A DNA stretch of 62,684 bases, the filler included, from an uncultured Planctomycetaceae bacterium (GTDB lineage Bacteria; Planctomycetota; Planctomycetia; Planctomycetales; Planctomycetaceae), in NCBI GenBank assembly GCA_963976765.1. It is 8 parts of 8 records of this genome, joined end to end, with 100 filler letters (N's around TTAATTAATTAA, not from the genome) between each part and the next. Parts side by side here need not be neighbours in the genome. Positions count along the whole stretch, not along the records: positions 36,214 to 44,339 come from CAXBME010000075.1; positions 44,440 to 50,889 come from CAXBME010000077.1; 6 more parts are not named here. The stretch is one strand, 5' to 3'. Below the pieces are notes generated by a model. It made no database searches, was not told the DNA's origin, and saw nothing but the letters and a program-made list of their open reading frames with translations. The translations under genes and the position numbers were made by a program. Position 1 is the stretch's first letter. The number at the start of each line of letters is the position of its first letter. Positions 36,339 through 47,400 of this stretch are shown piece after piece.

Positions 36339-36671
36339 ATGAACGCTTTCACAAATCTACTTGGCGGCATGACGCAAGTGTGGCTGAATGTCGCGTTCAT
36401 CGTGTGCGTATTTGGCGTCCTCACATTTCGCCCAGAACGCATCGCCAACCCACCTAAGCTCAAGCGTGCAATTCTGCTCTTCTCCGCTGCATTGATTATT
36501 CCGTCCGGCAGCATGCTGCTTTCAACCATCGTCGGCAACACATCAAAAACTCCCGGTTTCAATCCGGTCGAAGTACTATTGGCACTTACAAATACCGTTG
36601 CTATAGCATTCTTTTGTGCTGCCTTCATTCTCGCGACATCATCCTTGATTCCTCGCCCAATGAGTGAATAG
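36339..36671 (+). CDS. Cassette-borne three-TM membrane protein
   Basis: AAGGA RBS; hydrophobic helices; lies between attC1 and attC2. Confidence 0.7.
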   Translation: MNAFTNLLGGMTQVWLNVAFIVCVFGVLTFRPERIANPPKLKRAILLFSAALIIPSGSMLLSTIVGNTSKTPGFNPVEVLLALTNTVAIAFFCAAFILATSSLIPRPMSE

Positions 36672-36797
36672 TTATTTCGACAACCCCTTACATGTCTCAG
36701 TTGATTCCAGATTCACAATAACGGCACTGTTCACCTCAGGTCGTAGTCTTTTCAAATGCCGTTTGTCACGAACTTCCGAGTTAATCCTGAAACGACC

Positions 36798-36888
36798 GCA
36801 TAACAATCACTTGCACCGGAGTCCTCGTCGGGCGTCGGTCTTGAACTCCACGTCAACTCCTCGGCCCCGGTGAAGTGGGTCGTTATCT
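36798..36888 (+). mobile_element. attC site 2
   Basis: GCATAAC (complement of the preceding GTTATGC)...CACCGG...CCGGTG...GTTATCT. Confidence 0.8.
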
Positions 36889-37269
36889 GGCAACTGGTGC
36901 TCGGTCGAGAAATCATGCTGACAATGGTGCTCGGTCAACAATGCTGCACAGTTGAAGCTGCCGCTTTCGATCGAAGGTTCGGCTTCGCGATTCAAGGTCC
37001 GTCACGCGACTGGTGCTCGCGCGAATTGTCATGCTGACAAAGGTGCTCGGCCATCAGCGTCGCTCAATCGTCGCCGCCGTTTCTCATCGAACGTTCGGCT
37101 TGCCGATGAAAACAAACACGCCCACTAGACAACTGAATCGGCGTCTGGCAAACTTGCGTTTCGTTAACACTGAGATGGTCCTCGGTCAAAACGGTGCTCT
37201 GGCAAAAGTGCTCGGTCAAAACTCTGGTCCGCAGCCTGCATCACTATTTGAAACCGGTCCTGCCAAACC

Positions 37270-37359
37270 AGATAACAATGCAATGCACCGGAGCACTCGC
37301 TCACGCGTGTTCTGAATACACAGTCAACCTCTCGTGCCCGGTGATTGCGGGCGTTCTGC
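37270..37359 (+). mobile_element. attC site 3, internally identical to attC1
   Basis: AGATAAC (complement of the preceding GTTATCT)...GTTCTGC. Confidence 0.8.
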
Positions 37360-37385
37360 CGACATGCCTGGAGAGGAACTACATC

Positions 37386-37913
37386 ATGATGCATCCTGTC
37401 TGGTCGGAGTTTCTTCCAAAGCTCCGGGAGGAGCTCGACAACAGGGGGTTAAAGCACATTGCAATCAAAGAGGAAACCGAGGGTGAGCCATTAACGTATG
37501 AGGAACTTGAGTCTCAGTACGGTACGTCCGATCTTTTTTTGGACGAATACGTGACGTTTGAGCCAGTTGATGCGAAATGGCGAACTTACCGAGTAGAGGG
37601 GGCTCCCAAGAATGACGAGAAGAACTGGATTGGCAGAGCAGAGCTGGATGACTTTCAAAACACTCCGATGATCTCGTATGAAGTCGATTGGGAAATGCGT
37701 TTTGGTTATGACCAAGGCACACTACCTCCAGACGTTTTTGAAGACGAATCCGAATTCCTTCAAACCGTGGTTGATTACTTGACGAAGCACTTTGCTGACC
37801 GCAATTATTTGCTCGGCGTTAGCGTTCAAGGAGACACATCCAGTTGGGGCCGGCGAGATACCACAGGAGACGATCATGTGGATCAGCAGGGTGGCCCAGA
37901 CAATCGCTTTTAG
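37386..37913 (+). CDS. Cassette-borne acidic hypothetical protein
   Basis: GAGGA RBS just after attC3; the 3' end runs into an inverted-repeat element. Confidence 0.65.
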   Translation: MMHPVWSEFLPKLREELDNRGLKHIAIKEETEGEPLTYEELESQYGTSDLFLDEYVTFEPVDAKWRTYRVEGAPKNDEKNWIGRAELDDFQNTPMISYEVDWEMRFGYDQGTLPPDVFEDESEFLQTVVDYLTKHFADRNYLLGVSVQGDTSSWGRRDTTGDDHVDQQGGPDNRF

Positions 37914-38127
37914 ATTGTCTGGGTGCCGAAGGCACGCGAGGTCTCATCCTCAGCTCTCGATGAAGATTGAAAACTTCGGTTTAAATTGCATCCGGCGGGT
38001 GACGCTGTCGCAGCATGATCCGGCAGCCTGACAGCCCGCCGCCGAAGACTCCGACATCATTGGCATCACGACGAAACATCCTGTGCTGACGCACCCAGAC
38101 AACCCTTCGGGATTGTCTGGGCCACCC
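37889..38127. mobile_element. MITE/REP-doublet-like insertion
   Basis: Perfect 17-bp terminal inverted repeats GGGTGGCCCAGACAATC / GATTGTCTGGGCCACCC; each end is itself a hairpin. Confidence 0.65.
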
Positions 38128-38183
38128 GGCGGAGTTGAATTGGACAATCTTTCGTCGCCGCCCGGTTACGGCCACCGTTAGCC
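38128..38183 (+). mobile_element. Right half of attC site 4
   Basis: CCCGGTTACGGCCACCGTTAGCC matches the right half of attC5. Confidence 0.6.
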
Positions 38184-38193
38184 TCAACAGCCT

Positions 38194-38793
38194 ATGAATG
38201 GTGCTATTATGATGCGAGCTCTTCCAATCGTTATTTCTATATTCCTGGTCGGTCAGTCCGCGAAGGCTCAGCAAATACCAAAGGCAGAGGCAATCGGGCA
38301 GTCCCTCGTGGAAGCGATCGTCTCCAATGATCTCGTCGGATACTCTCAGTGTTGGAGTTCGTCGCGAAGGATGGGCACAATCATGAGGGAGCTTGGCATT
38401 GGGAATGCTCCGGAGAGCCTGAAGAATAAGCTCTTGCTGAGAAATAGAAGCATCGCTGAGTCATTCAGGAAGATACAGAAACTGATAGACGACGCGAAGA
38501 TCGACAGGCAGTCGATTCAATTCAACTCCTGCAAGGCAATTGGTGTTCGCGAGAACAAGTTGCCATTGGGATCTGTTACCAAAGCCGATCAATTCATTCT
38601 GCTTCTCTCGGTCGGCGGCGACGAATGGCGGCTTAATATTGATGGCGGGTTGGTGGATCGCGGAATGTGGAGTTTCACAGACTCACCAACTAACCTGTTC
38701 GCTGGCGACGTCACACTGAGCTTTCGAGATCACCGGCAAGAGGCTGACAAAGCCGTGAACCGGAGCACTCATTCACGCGAAAACCGCGATTAA
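38194..38793 (+). CDS. Cassette-borne secreted hypothetical protein
   Basis: Signal peptide ending AKA; lies between attC4 and attC5. Confidence 0.7.
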   Translation: MNGAIMMRALPIVISIFLVGQSAKAQQIPKAEAIGQSLVEAIVSNDLVGYSQCWSSSRRMGTIMRELGIGNAPESLKNKLLLRNRSIAESFRKIQKLIDDAKIDRQSIQFNSCKAIGVRENKLPLGSVTKADQFILLLSVGGDEWRLNIDGGLVDRGMWSFTDSPTNLFAGDVTLSFRDHRQEADKAVNRSTHSRENRD

Positions 38794-38831
38794 AGTCTTC
38801 CTTTCGGGCCCGGTTACGGTCGGCGTTAGCT
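38742..38831 (+). mobile_element. attC site 5
   Basis: GGCTGAC...AACCGG...CCGGTT...GTTAGCT. Confidence 0.72.
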
Positions 38832-38858
38832 GCCAAAATTCTGTCACACTGATACGTT

Positions 38859-39467
38859 GTGAGGTCCAGAATGAGATGTTGCAGCTTCGCCCTACTACTG
38901 GTTTTCTACACGCTCACAACCTTTGCTGCTGAGCTACCCGCCCAGAATCCAACGCCAGCGTCGATCGCGCGGCAGCGATTCAACCAGGTGTTCGTCAAGG
39001 TGATCATGCCAGTCACCGCTCGCACTCCGAAACAGGATGGACCCGTCGTCGAGTCCTGGGCTGCAGAGCAACTCAAAGAGCTGGGCGGGTCCGAGTATTT
39101 CGCTGTCACAAACTGGGTCCCAGTTTGTGATGGGCTGCTTGAGGACGATGAAGTCGACAATCGCGTCTGGAGTGGTCAACTTGCCGGCAAGAAGTCTGGT
39201 AACTTCTGCCCTGTCGGCGGAGATCTTCCTGAGCGCAAAGACGGCCGCGTGTCAGTTCTCGTTGGTGGCTGGCATCCAGGCGGGGGACACGAGGCGAAGG
39301 TCACACTGGTGGATGAACCTGGCACTCGAACCGTTGAGCCGGTGCTCCCTTATTCTGCCCGCAGAGAGAAAAAGCCGATTCCGGGCGAAAAGCCACTGGC
39401 TTATGTAGCCGTCCTGATTGGGCCGCCACCTCGAGAGCGTGTCAGGTCACACAGCAATGACAAATAG
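38859..39467 (+). CDS. Cassette-borne secreted hypothetical protein
   Basis: Signal peptide; the stop is followed immediately by GCAGAAC, a possible degenerate attC left end. Confidence 0.7.
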   Translation: MRSRMRCCSFALLLVFYTLTTFAAELPAQNPTPASIARQRFNQVFVKVIMPVTARTPKQDGPVVESWAAEQLKELGGSEYFAVTNWVPVCDGLLEDDEVDNRVWSGQLAGKKSGNFCPVGGDLPERKDGRVSVLVGGWHPGGGHEAKVTLVDEPGTRTVEPVLPYSARREKKPIPGEKPLAYVAVLIGPPPRERVRSHSNDK

Positions 39468-39553
39468 GCAGAACGATGCGGTGAGCCAAGGCCGCCGATG
39501 ACTCGGCTATCAGGAAGTCGCTTCGGACACGTTTCCAAGTGGTGCCGGAGCGA

Positions 39554-40429
39554 TCAGGCGTGACCGGTCAGCAGTGGAAAGAACTGTCCGGCGAGCGGTT
39601 GGCCGGGCGGGATTGGCGGGATGTCCTGAAGCAGGGAGGCATTCGAGTCGGACATGACTCCATCTCGGACGACGTTGATGACGGTCGCTCGGCGGGGAGA
39701 TTTCGTGCTGTTTTCGTACGAACCGTGGACCATCAGCGGGTGATGGAATGACGCCTCGCCAGCTTTCAGCTCAATGGCAACCGGATTCTGAAACCGCTCC
39801 CACTGATCGGGCGACAGGACATTCTGGATGGCGTCCATGTCTCCGGCCAGGCCAGTGATCGGCAGCAGATTCCACTGATGACTGCCCGGAATGTATTGCA
39901 GGCAGCCGTTGCTGGATGTGGCATCGTCGAGGCCGATCCAGCAGGTCAGATGTGCCATCGGCTGAGTGCGAGTCCAGTAGGAATAATCCTGGTGCCACGC
40001 GACGACACCTCCGTGCTCGGCCGGTTTACAGAAGAGCTGGTCATGCCAGAACCGAACGGAACCGCCCAGCAATTGCGAAGCGGGGATCCCGAACGCCCGG
40101 TGCCAGAGCAGATCGTGGAAGCCTGGCGAAACCCGCCACGCCCCCAGCGCGTGAAAGAGGACACGGTTGGGATCAGCGGACTCGTTGGAGTGGTACTCGT
40201 GCCAGAGTTCCCGACCGTCGTGTTCCGGATCAAACAGCCGCGAAAGTTCTTCTCTGAGCTGTTCGACCTGCTCGTCGGACAGAATTCGGACTCCCGCGAC
40301 GTAACCGTTTTCATGAAAGAACTCGATCTGTTCGTCGCTCAGGCGAAACGCGTCTGAATCTTCGACGTGCGTGTCGCGGTCGAGGAAGTCTGAAACTGGT
40401 TTGTGTTCTTTGGAAAAATCCTGAGCCAT
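39554..40429 (-). CDS. Phytanoyl-CoA dioxygenase (PhyH) family protein
   Basis: [25 protein letters not shown] and HGS motifs. Confidence 0.92.
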   Translation of the reverse strand: MAQDFSKEHKPVSDFLDRDTHVEDSDAFRLSDEQIEFFHENGYVAGVRILSDEQVEQLREELSRLFDPEHDGRELWHEYHSNESADPNRVLFHALGAWRVSPGFHDLLWHRAFGIPASQLLGGSVRFWHDQLFCKPAEHGGVVAWHQDYSYWTRTQPMAHLTCWIGLDDATSSNGCLQYIPGSHQWNLLPITGLAGDMDAIQNVLSPDQWERFQNPVAIELKAGEASFHHPLMVHGSYENSTKSPRRATVINVVRDGVMSDSNASLLQDIPPIPPGQPLAGQFFPLLTGHA

Positions 40430-40732
40430 GTCTTCCCCGAAGTTGTGAGTGAACAGGTTGTCTTTTTAACGCAGTGGTCGCTGAGGTGACAAACGCGGAG
40501 GACGGGGAGAGCCAAACAGCGTACTTCACAGTCTCTGCGAGTCCTCGTCGCACTCTGCGTACCGTTCTTTCAGCATGCCGAATTCGCCCTTGCCCCTCGA
40601 CTCTCACTTCTCAGCCCTCGCGAATCTCGTCTTGAGGCAGTTTGGCGATTCCAGTACTTGTACCGCCCCTTCCGAAGCAAGCGCTCTGATTGCTCCTCTC
40701 TTTCTCTCAATTTCTCTCTGCGAGTCCTACCA

Positions 40733-43576
40733 ATGATCCTTTCCGGGACCAGCGGTCACTGCGTGTGGCAAAGCAACCGTTCTGCCGCCGCGATTCTGCC
40801 ATGTCTGGCGGCGATTCTGCTCCTTACCGGTTGCCAGGGTCTGCCCCACTCACGTGGCACGTTGACGCCGCGCGGTCAGTCTCCGGGCTACACCCGCGAT
40901 ATTCAGCAGGAATTGGACGAATTTCCTTCGCCCGGTGCCCCGCTTCGCCAGGGTCCAGGCGGGCCCGAGTTGCTCGATGACGACGCGACTCAGGGCGAAC
41001 AGATCGTTGACAACACGCTCGTCGACATCCGCATCGAGGGTAACGATACGATCGAGACCGGAGCCATCATGGCTTATGTGAAGTCTCAGGTCGGCCGCCC
41101 ACCGAATGAGCGACAGATCAAAGAAGACCTGCGATCGCTCTACGCGACAAAGTGGTTCTTCAGTGTCGAGCGCCGCTACCGCATGACCGAAAGCGGCCTG
41201 ACGCTGATCTATCGCGTCCTCGAACGCCCGGTGGTTCGCTCCGTCGTAGTCAAGGGAAACGACAATTTTCCGAAACGGCAGATTCTCAAGCAGATCAGCA
41301 TCGAACCTGGTTCGCCGTTCGACGTCGCGACCAACCTCGCCGCCGCTCGAAAAATCGAAGGCTACTACCACGACAAGAAGTCGTACCCTCAGGCGAAAGT
41401 GACTCTGGAATCCGGAGGAAACAAAGAAGACCGCGACGTCATCTTTAACATCGAAGAGGGACCGTACACAGTCATCAAAGACACACAGTTCGTCGGCAAC
41501 GAAACGATCCGTGACGGCGTGCTGCGAACTCAGATCAAATCGAAACGAACGGTGCTGGGCTGGCTGGCAAACTTCTCGCCGTTCGGCACGCTGTTCAGCG
41601 GAAAGTACAACGAAGCCACGCTGCCTCGTGACGTCGCCGCTTTAAAAGAGTACTACCACAACCTTGGCTACTTTGATGTCGAAGTTGAGCGAAGTATCAA
41701 ACGGGACAACTCCCACTACCTGCCGCAGTTCAAGCTTGTGAAGAACCCGAGCGAGAATTCCAAGTACGAGCACTTGCCGATTCCGTATCTTCGACTGAAA
41801 CGGGCTGAAGGAGCGACCTTCGTCTATTCCGTGAAAGAAGGGCCGCGGTTCAAACTTCGCAACATTGAAATGGAAGGCAACGAGATCTACTCGCAGGATG
41901 AACTCCTGGCAGATTCGGATCTCAGCCCTGGCGACTACTTCAACGCTCGATTTCTCAACAAAGACGTCGCCGACATGCGGGAACGCTACGGCGAACTTGG
42001 TCGCCTGTTCGCTCAGGTGAACGCCGTGCCAAGGTTTATCGACGGGCAGCCCGGCGTGGTCGACCTTGTCTATCAGGTTGACGAAGACCGTCCTTACGAG
42101 ATTCGCAAAGTCAACGTCGTCATCGACGCCCCCGGCGGAAACCCGCACACTCGCGAGACCGTCGTGCGAAACCGCATTCTGGTCGCGCCTGGCGACCTCG
42201 CCAATCCATACCTGATTGACAAGAGCAAAGGGCGTCTGCGAGGACAGATCTTCGAAGGCGGCGGCCCCGGAGCACCACAGATCAAAGTCTCGAAAGTTGA
42301 AGAAGAATCGCTGCTGGCGGGGATGGTCACTCGTGGCCAGAGTCCGTACGACAGTCAGCCGGTCCCGTACAGTCCGATTTTCGAAAACAGTAATCCCGGT
42401 GACCCTTATGGTGGCCTGGGAAATCCCTATTCGCGAGCACTGGAACGCCCCGGTCAGGCAGACCTCGACATCTTCGTGACCGAAGCTCAAACCGGGCGGC
42501 TGATGTTTGGCGTCGGCGTCAACAGCGACGCGGGTGTCGTCGGCTCGTTCGTGCTCGAAGAAAATAACTTCGACATCACTCGCTTCCCAACCTCGTTCGC
42601 CGACTTCTGGAACGGTGAAGCCTTCCGAGGAAACGGCGAACGATTCCGCATCGAAGCGGTGCCCGGCCAAATCACCAGCCGGTACTCGGCCAGCTGGCAG
42701 ACCAGCAACTTCCTCGACACCGATTTCAGCTTCGGCGTCAGCGGTTTCTACTATCAACGCTTCCTGCCCGACTGGGACGAAGAGCGAGCTGGCGGGCGAA
42801 TCTCGCTGGGCTATCAACTCGATAAGTGGTGGTCGATCACCGGTGCCTTCCGTCTGGAAAGCGTCGAGCTGACTCGTCCAGCTGGCGGCATCGGCAACGC
42901 TCCACCGCTGCTTCGCAAATCGCTGGGTGACAGTTTTCTGTCAACATTCCGACTGTCGGTGGCTCACGACACGCGTGATTCGGCATTCCTTCCGACCAAC
43001 GGGCATTTTGTCGAAGCCGCCTACGAAGCCGCTTTTGGCGACTATATTTATCCTCGGTACGAACTGTCCGGAACTCAGCACTTAACGGTGCGTGAACGAC
43101 CGGACGGCGGCGGACGGCACATTCTGACCTTCAACGGGCAACTGGGTTACACCGGCAACGACACTCCGATTTACGAGCGATTCTACGCCGGTGGTTATCA
43201 GTCGTTCCGAGGTTTTGCTTTTCGAGGAATCAGTCCTCAGCAGACAACTGACGGTCGCATCGTCGATGAAGATTCCACGGGGCTGTCAAGTTCTCCCATC
43301 GGCGTCGGGGGTAACACTCAGCTGCTCGGTTCCGTTCAGTACTCGGTTCCTCTGACAGCCGACGAAATGATTCGCGCCGTCGCGTTCACCGATTTCGGGA
43401 CGATCGAACATCGAACGGATCTGGAACACTTCCGCCTGACGGCTGGCTTCGGAGCGCGACTGACGATCCCGGCCATGGGCCCCGCCCCGCTGGCTTTTGA
43501 CTTCGGTTTCCCGATCGTGTCTGACGAACTCGACGACGAGCGAATTTTCACGTTCTCCGTCGGCCTGACTCGATAA
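40733..43576 (+). CDS. BamA/Omp85 family outer-membrane protein with POTRA domains
   Basis: POTRA motifs (IEGN, YHNLGYF..V), YERFYAGG..SFRGF, GFGAR..IPAMGPAPLAFDFG. Confidence 0.9.
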   Translation: MILSGTSGHCVWQSNRSAAAILPCLAAILLLTGCQGLPHSRGTLTPRGQSPGYTRDIQQELDEFPSPGAPLRQGPGGPELLDDDATQGEQIVDNTLVDIRIEGNDTIETGAIMAYVKSQVGRPPNERQIKEDLRSLYATKWFFSVERRYRMTESGLTLIYRVLERPVVRSVVVKGNDNFPKRQILKQISIEPGSPFDVATNLAAARKIEGYYHDKKSYPQAKVTLESGGNKEDRDVIFNIEEGPYTVIKDTQFVGNETIRDGVLRTQIKSKRTVLGWLANFSPFGTLFSGKYNEATLPRDVAALKEYYHNLGYFDVEVERSIKRDNSHYLPQFKLVKNPSENSKYEHLPIPYLRLKRAEGATFVYSVKEGPRFKLRNIEMEGNEIYSQDELLADSDLSPGDYFNARFLNKDVADMRERYGELGRLFAQVNAVPRFIDGQPGVVDLVYQVDEDRPYEIRKVNVVIDAPGGNPHTRETVVRNRILVAPGDLANPYLIDKSKGRLRGQIFEGGGPGAPQIKVSKVEEESLLAGMVTRGQSPYDSQPVPYSPIFENSNPGDPYGGLGNPYSRALERPGQADLDIFVTEAQTGRLMFGVGVNSDAGVVGSFVLEENNFDITRFPTSFADFWNGEAFRGNGERFRIEAVPGQITSRYSASWQTSNFLDTDFSFGVSGFYYQRFLPDWDEERAGGRISLGYQLDKWWSITGAFRLESVELTRPAGGIGNAPPLLRKSLGDSFLSTFRLSVAHDTRDSAFLPTNGHFVEAAYEAAFGDYIYPRYELSGTQHLTVRERPDGGGRHILTFNGQLGYTGNDTPIYERFYAGGYQSFRGFAFRGISPQQTTDGRIVDEDSTGLSSSPIGVGGNTQLLGSVQYSVPLTADEMIRAVAFTDFGTIEHRTDLEHFRLTAGFGARLTIPAMGPAPLAFDFGFPIVSDELDDERIFTFSVGLTR

Positions 43577-43599
43577 GGCACGAGTTTTCGAGGCTGGCG

Positions 43600-43641
43600 T
43601 CAGTGGTTAGGTTTTCGGAATCAGTGGTTCAGTTTTCGGAA
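43600..43641. repeat. 21-bp tandem duplication
   Basis: TCAGTGGTTAGGTTTTCGGAA / TCAGTGGTTCAGTTTTCGGAA. Confidence 0.7.
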
Positions 43642-43799
43642 CACGACTCGCCGCAGAAGACCGCCGCTTCGTTGAGCATGGCCAAACGTGGATGGATCGT
43701 TGGATTCTCAGTCGACACGGCACCATGACATAGCCGTTGCCGGTTGAAAGTAACCCGCACGGATCACGGATACGGTGCATGGGGTCGCGGAGTGTTACT

Positions 43800-44289
43800 C
43801 AGCTGTTGTTCGACAAGCCTGCGGCTTCGGACGACCGAAGATGCATGACGTCTGCGAGGACAACGAACTGAGCGACACGTTCGGCATCACCTCAAACACA
43901 AGACCGAAGGGGCATGCCGGAAAGCTGCTGCAGCGAGCCATCGACAGTTACAACGCAAGCAGAACGAAACCGCGGCTGTCCACACCCTTCGAGTACCCGG
44001 CCAGTTTCCGGTCTCATACGTGAGTGCTCGTCGCGAAGACCGAGTGCCAGTTGCCAGGCACGAATCTGCGGTTTGTCGTTACAAACCTTGAGGTTTCAAC
44101 GGGCGACAAAGCCAGCTCCCGTTCTGTACTGACCACAAAGCTGTCGCTTTAACGTCGCTGCACTGCGGAAACTGCAGACATACAAACATCTACCACGAGG
44201 ATACACCCACTACGCACACAACCCATCAAAGCCCAGCAGGTATGAAAGGACGATTCCTTCCACAGTTACCCATGAACGATCCACGCTAG
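43800..44289 (+). pseudogene. IS1380-family transposase remnant
   Basis: GFGRPKMHDVCEDNEL..TFGI..N and VAKTEC...GTNLRFVVTNL segments interrupted by a stop. Confidence 0.7.
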
Positions 44290-44439
44290 TGCTTCGTCAG
44301 AGGGCAAAGTTCGGGTTCCACGGAATGGATGAATCTGAGNNNNNNNNNNNNNNNNNNNNNNNNNNNNNNNNNNNNNNNNNNNNTTAATTAATTAANNNNN
44401 NNNNNNNNNNNNNNNNNNNNNNNNNNNNNNNNNNNNNNN

Positions 44440-47400
44440 CGGAGGATGCGCTGATGATGAGATCATCGAATCCGTCCCCGTTCACGTCACCCGCGCTCGA
44501 CACTGAACCACCGGAACGATCACCCGCGTCAATGCCATCAAGTCGGAACCCAGTCGTGCCGTCGAGCGTCGCCAGGTTAATCGCCGAGGCGAACCCACCC
44601 GACTTTCCAAACACCACGTAGCTCTCGCCGGCCTCGCTGTTTTCGTTGGGATCCGCGAAGTATGCACTGATGACCAGGTCGTCGAATCCGTCCCCGTTCA
44701 TGTCCCCCGCACTCGATACTGAGTTGCCGGAGTAGTCGCGCTCGTCAATGCCATCAAGCCGGAAGCCAGTCGTGCCGTCGAGCGTCGCCAGGTTAATCGC
44801 TGAGGCGAACCCGCTCGACTTCCCAAACACCACGTAGCTCTCGCCGGCGCTGCGGTTCCCGTCGGAATCCGCGTTGAATGCGCCGATGATGAGATCGTCG
44901 AATCCGTCCCCGTTCACGTCACCAGCACTCGATACTGATCGGCCGGAGTAGTCGCTCCCGTCAATGCCATCAAGCCGGAATCCAGTCGTGCCGTCCAGCG
45001 TTGCCAGGTCAATTACCGCTGTGAATCCGCCCGACTTCCCGAACACCACGTAGCTCTCGCCGGCGTTGCTGTTCCCACTGAAATGAACGTCGACTGCGCC
45101 GATGATGAGATCGTCGAATCCGTCCCCGTTCACATCGCCCGCACTCGATACTGATCTGCCGGAGAAGTCGCCCTCATCAATGCCGTCGAGTCGGAATCCG
45201 GAACTGCCGTCCAGCGAGCTCAGGTCAATCGCCGAGACGAACCCGCCCGACTTCCCGAACACCACGTAGCTCTCACCGGCGTAAGTGCTCTCGCCAGGAT
45301 GAGCGCGATACGCGCCGATGATGAGATCATCGAATCCGTCCCCGTTCACGTCGCCCGCACTTGACACTGATCTGCCTGAACGATCGCCCGCGTGGATGCC
45401 ATTGATGACGAACCCCTGATTGCCCAGTTTATCCAACGGCAGCACGCTGAAACTGAATGCTTCAGTCGCGATGAAGTTTCCGATCTTCAAGGTGGCAGCG
45501 CCCTGCTGGAACACCTTGAAGTCTTCGCCGTCAATTGTTTCGAAGGCTGTAAACGTCCAGCCGGAACCTCGATTCACGGTCGCCATGCTGTTACCGGTGA
45601 CGATCAGTGTGTTGGACGTATCGCTGAGATTCAGGACTTCCAGTGCGGTCAGCGTCAGCGTGCTGCTCCCGGTCAGGTCGATCTGCTCGATCCCCGTCAA
45701 CTGGTTGTCAGGGATCGATGACAGATCGAGTGTCTGGGCGTTGACGCCCAACCGGTCGAATCCATTGCCGCCAGCAACTCGCTGGAAGTTGAGGTCGGCG
45801 ATGTTCAGCACATCGTCACCTTCCCCGCCCAGCAGCACATCGGCTCCGCCGTCTCCGTTGAGCGTGTCGTTACCTTGAGCACCGATCAGAATGTCGATGG
45901 CACCACTGCCCTGATTGGCATTCAGTGTGTTGGCAAATTCATCGCCGACCTTCGTTTCGGCACCGCCAGTAAAGTTTCCACCAAAGAAGACGTAGCTCTG
46001 ACCAATGTTCGCAAGCTCGTCGGAATCCGCTGACGAGGCGCCGATAATGACGTCACCAAAGCCGTCACCGTTGACGTCACCGGCGCTTGAGACAGAGTTG
46101 CCAGACCGGTCGTCAGAGATAATGCCATCGAGCCGGAAGCCGGTGGTACCATCCAGGGAGTCCAGGTCAATCGTCGAATTGAACTCGCCTGGCTTACCGA
46201 ATAGCAAATAACTTGCCCCAGCCGAATCACGTCCGTCGGGGTCCGCTCGATTTGCTCCGATGATAAGATCGTCGTATCCATCTCCGTTCACGTCACCAGC
46301 GCTCGAAACTTCAACTCCAGACAGATCGCCAGCATTCGAGCCTTCCAGACGAAACCCGGTCGTGCCATCCAGCGTGCCCAGATCGATTGCCGAGGCGAAA
46401 CCACCCGCCTTTCCGAAGACCACATAACTCTCACCTGCAGCGCTCTCGCCGTTGGGATCTGCCACCAACGCACCAACGATGACATCGCCGAAGCCGTCCC
46501 CGTTCACGTCGCCCGCACTTGAAACGGAACTGCCAGCCCGGTCGTCAGCATTGACGCCATCGAGTCGGAATCCGGTCACGCCATCGAGTGAACTCAGGTC
46601 GATCGCCGAGGTGAACCCACCCGACTTTCCGAATACAACATAGCTTTCTCCTTCACCAGAACTGATCCCATCTGAATCGGCACCATACGCTCCGATGATC
46701 AGGTCTGCGAAGCCGTCTCCGTTTACATCGCCTGCGCTCGATACCGACCGGCCTGCTGTGTCGAATTGGTCGACGCCATTGAGTCGGAATCCGGTCGTCC
46801 CGTTCAACGAAGCCAGATCGATAGCGGAGGCGAATCCACCCGACTTCCCGAACACGACGTAGCTCTCCCCTGCGGAATTCTTCCCATCAGGGTCGGCAAA
46901 GTAAGCGCCCACAATCAGGTCGTTGAAGCCGTCTCCATTCACATCGCCAGCATTCGACACTGAACGACCAGCTCTGTCTCGTGCCTCGACGCCATCAAGC
47001 CGGAATCCGGTGGTGCCGTCCAGAGTGTCGAGGTTGATTGCCGATGAGAAACCGGCTGCCTTCCCGAACACGACGTAACTAGCGCCAGCTGAGTCCTGGC
47101 CCCCTGGATCGGCTCTATGTGCTCCAATAATGAGGTCGTCAAAGCTGTCTCCGTTCACGTCACCAGCGCTCGACACTGAGATTCCCGTTTCGTCTCCGGC
47201 GTCAATGCCATCAAGCCGGAATCCAGTCGTGCCGTCCAGCGAGGCCAGTTCGATTGCCGAACCGAATCCACCCGCCTGCCCGAACACCACGTAGCTTTCA
47301 CCAGCCGAGATGCGACCGCCTGGATCCGCATATCGTGCCCCAATGAGCAGATCATCGAATCCGTCGCCATTGACATCACCCGCGCTCGAGACAGAAGTGC

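Noticed and set aside
36228..37359. Direct repeats as a possible CRISPR array
   Set aside because: The repeats are ~90 bp, separated by gene-sized segments and carry attC cores; no cas genes are present.
20363..39500. Apparent single island joining the glycosyltransferase cluster, tRNA array and attC array
   Set aside because: These lie on three separate contigs, so there is no evidence of linkage.
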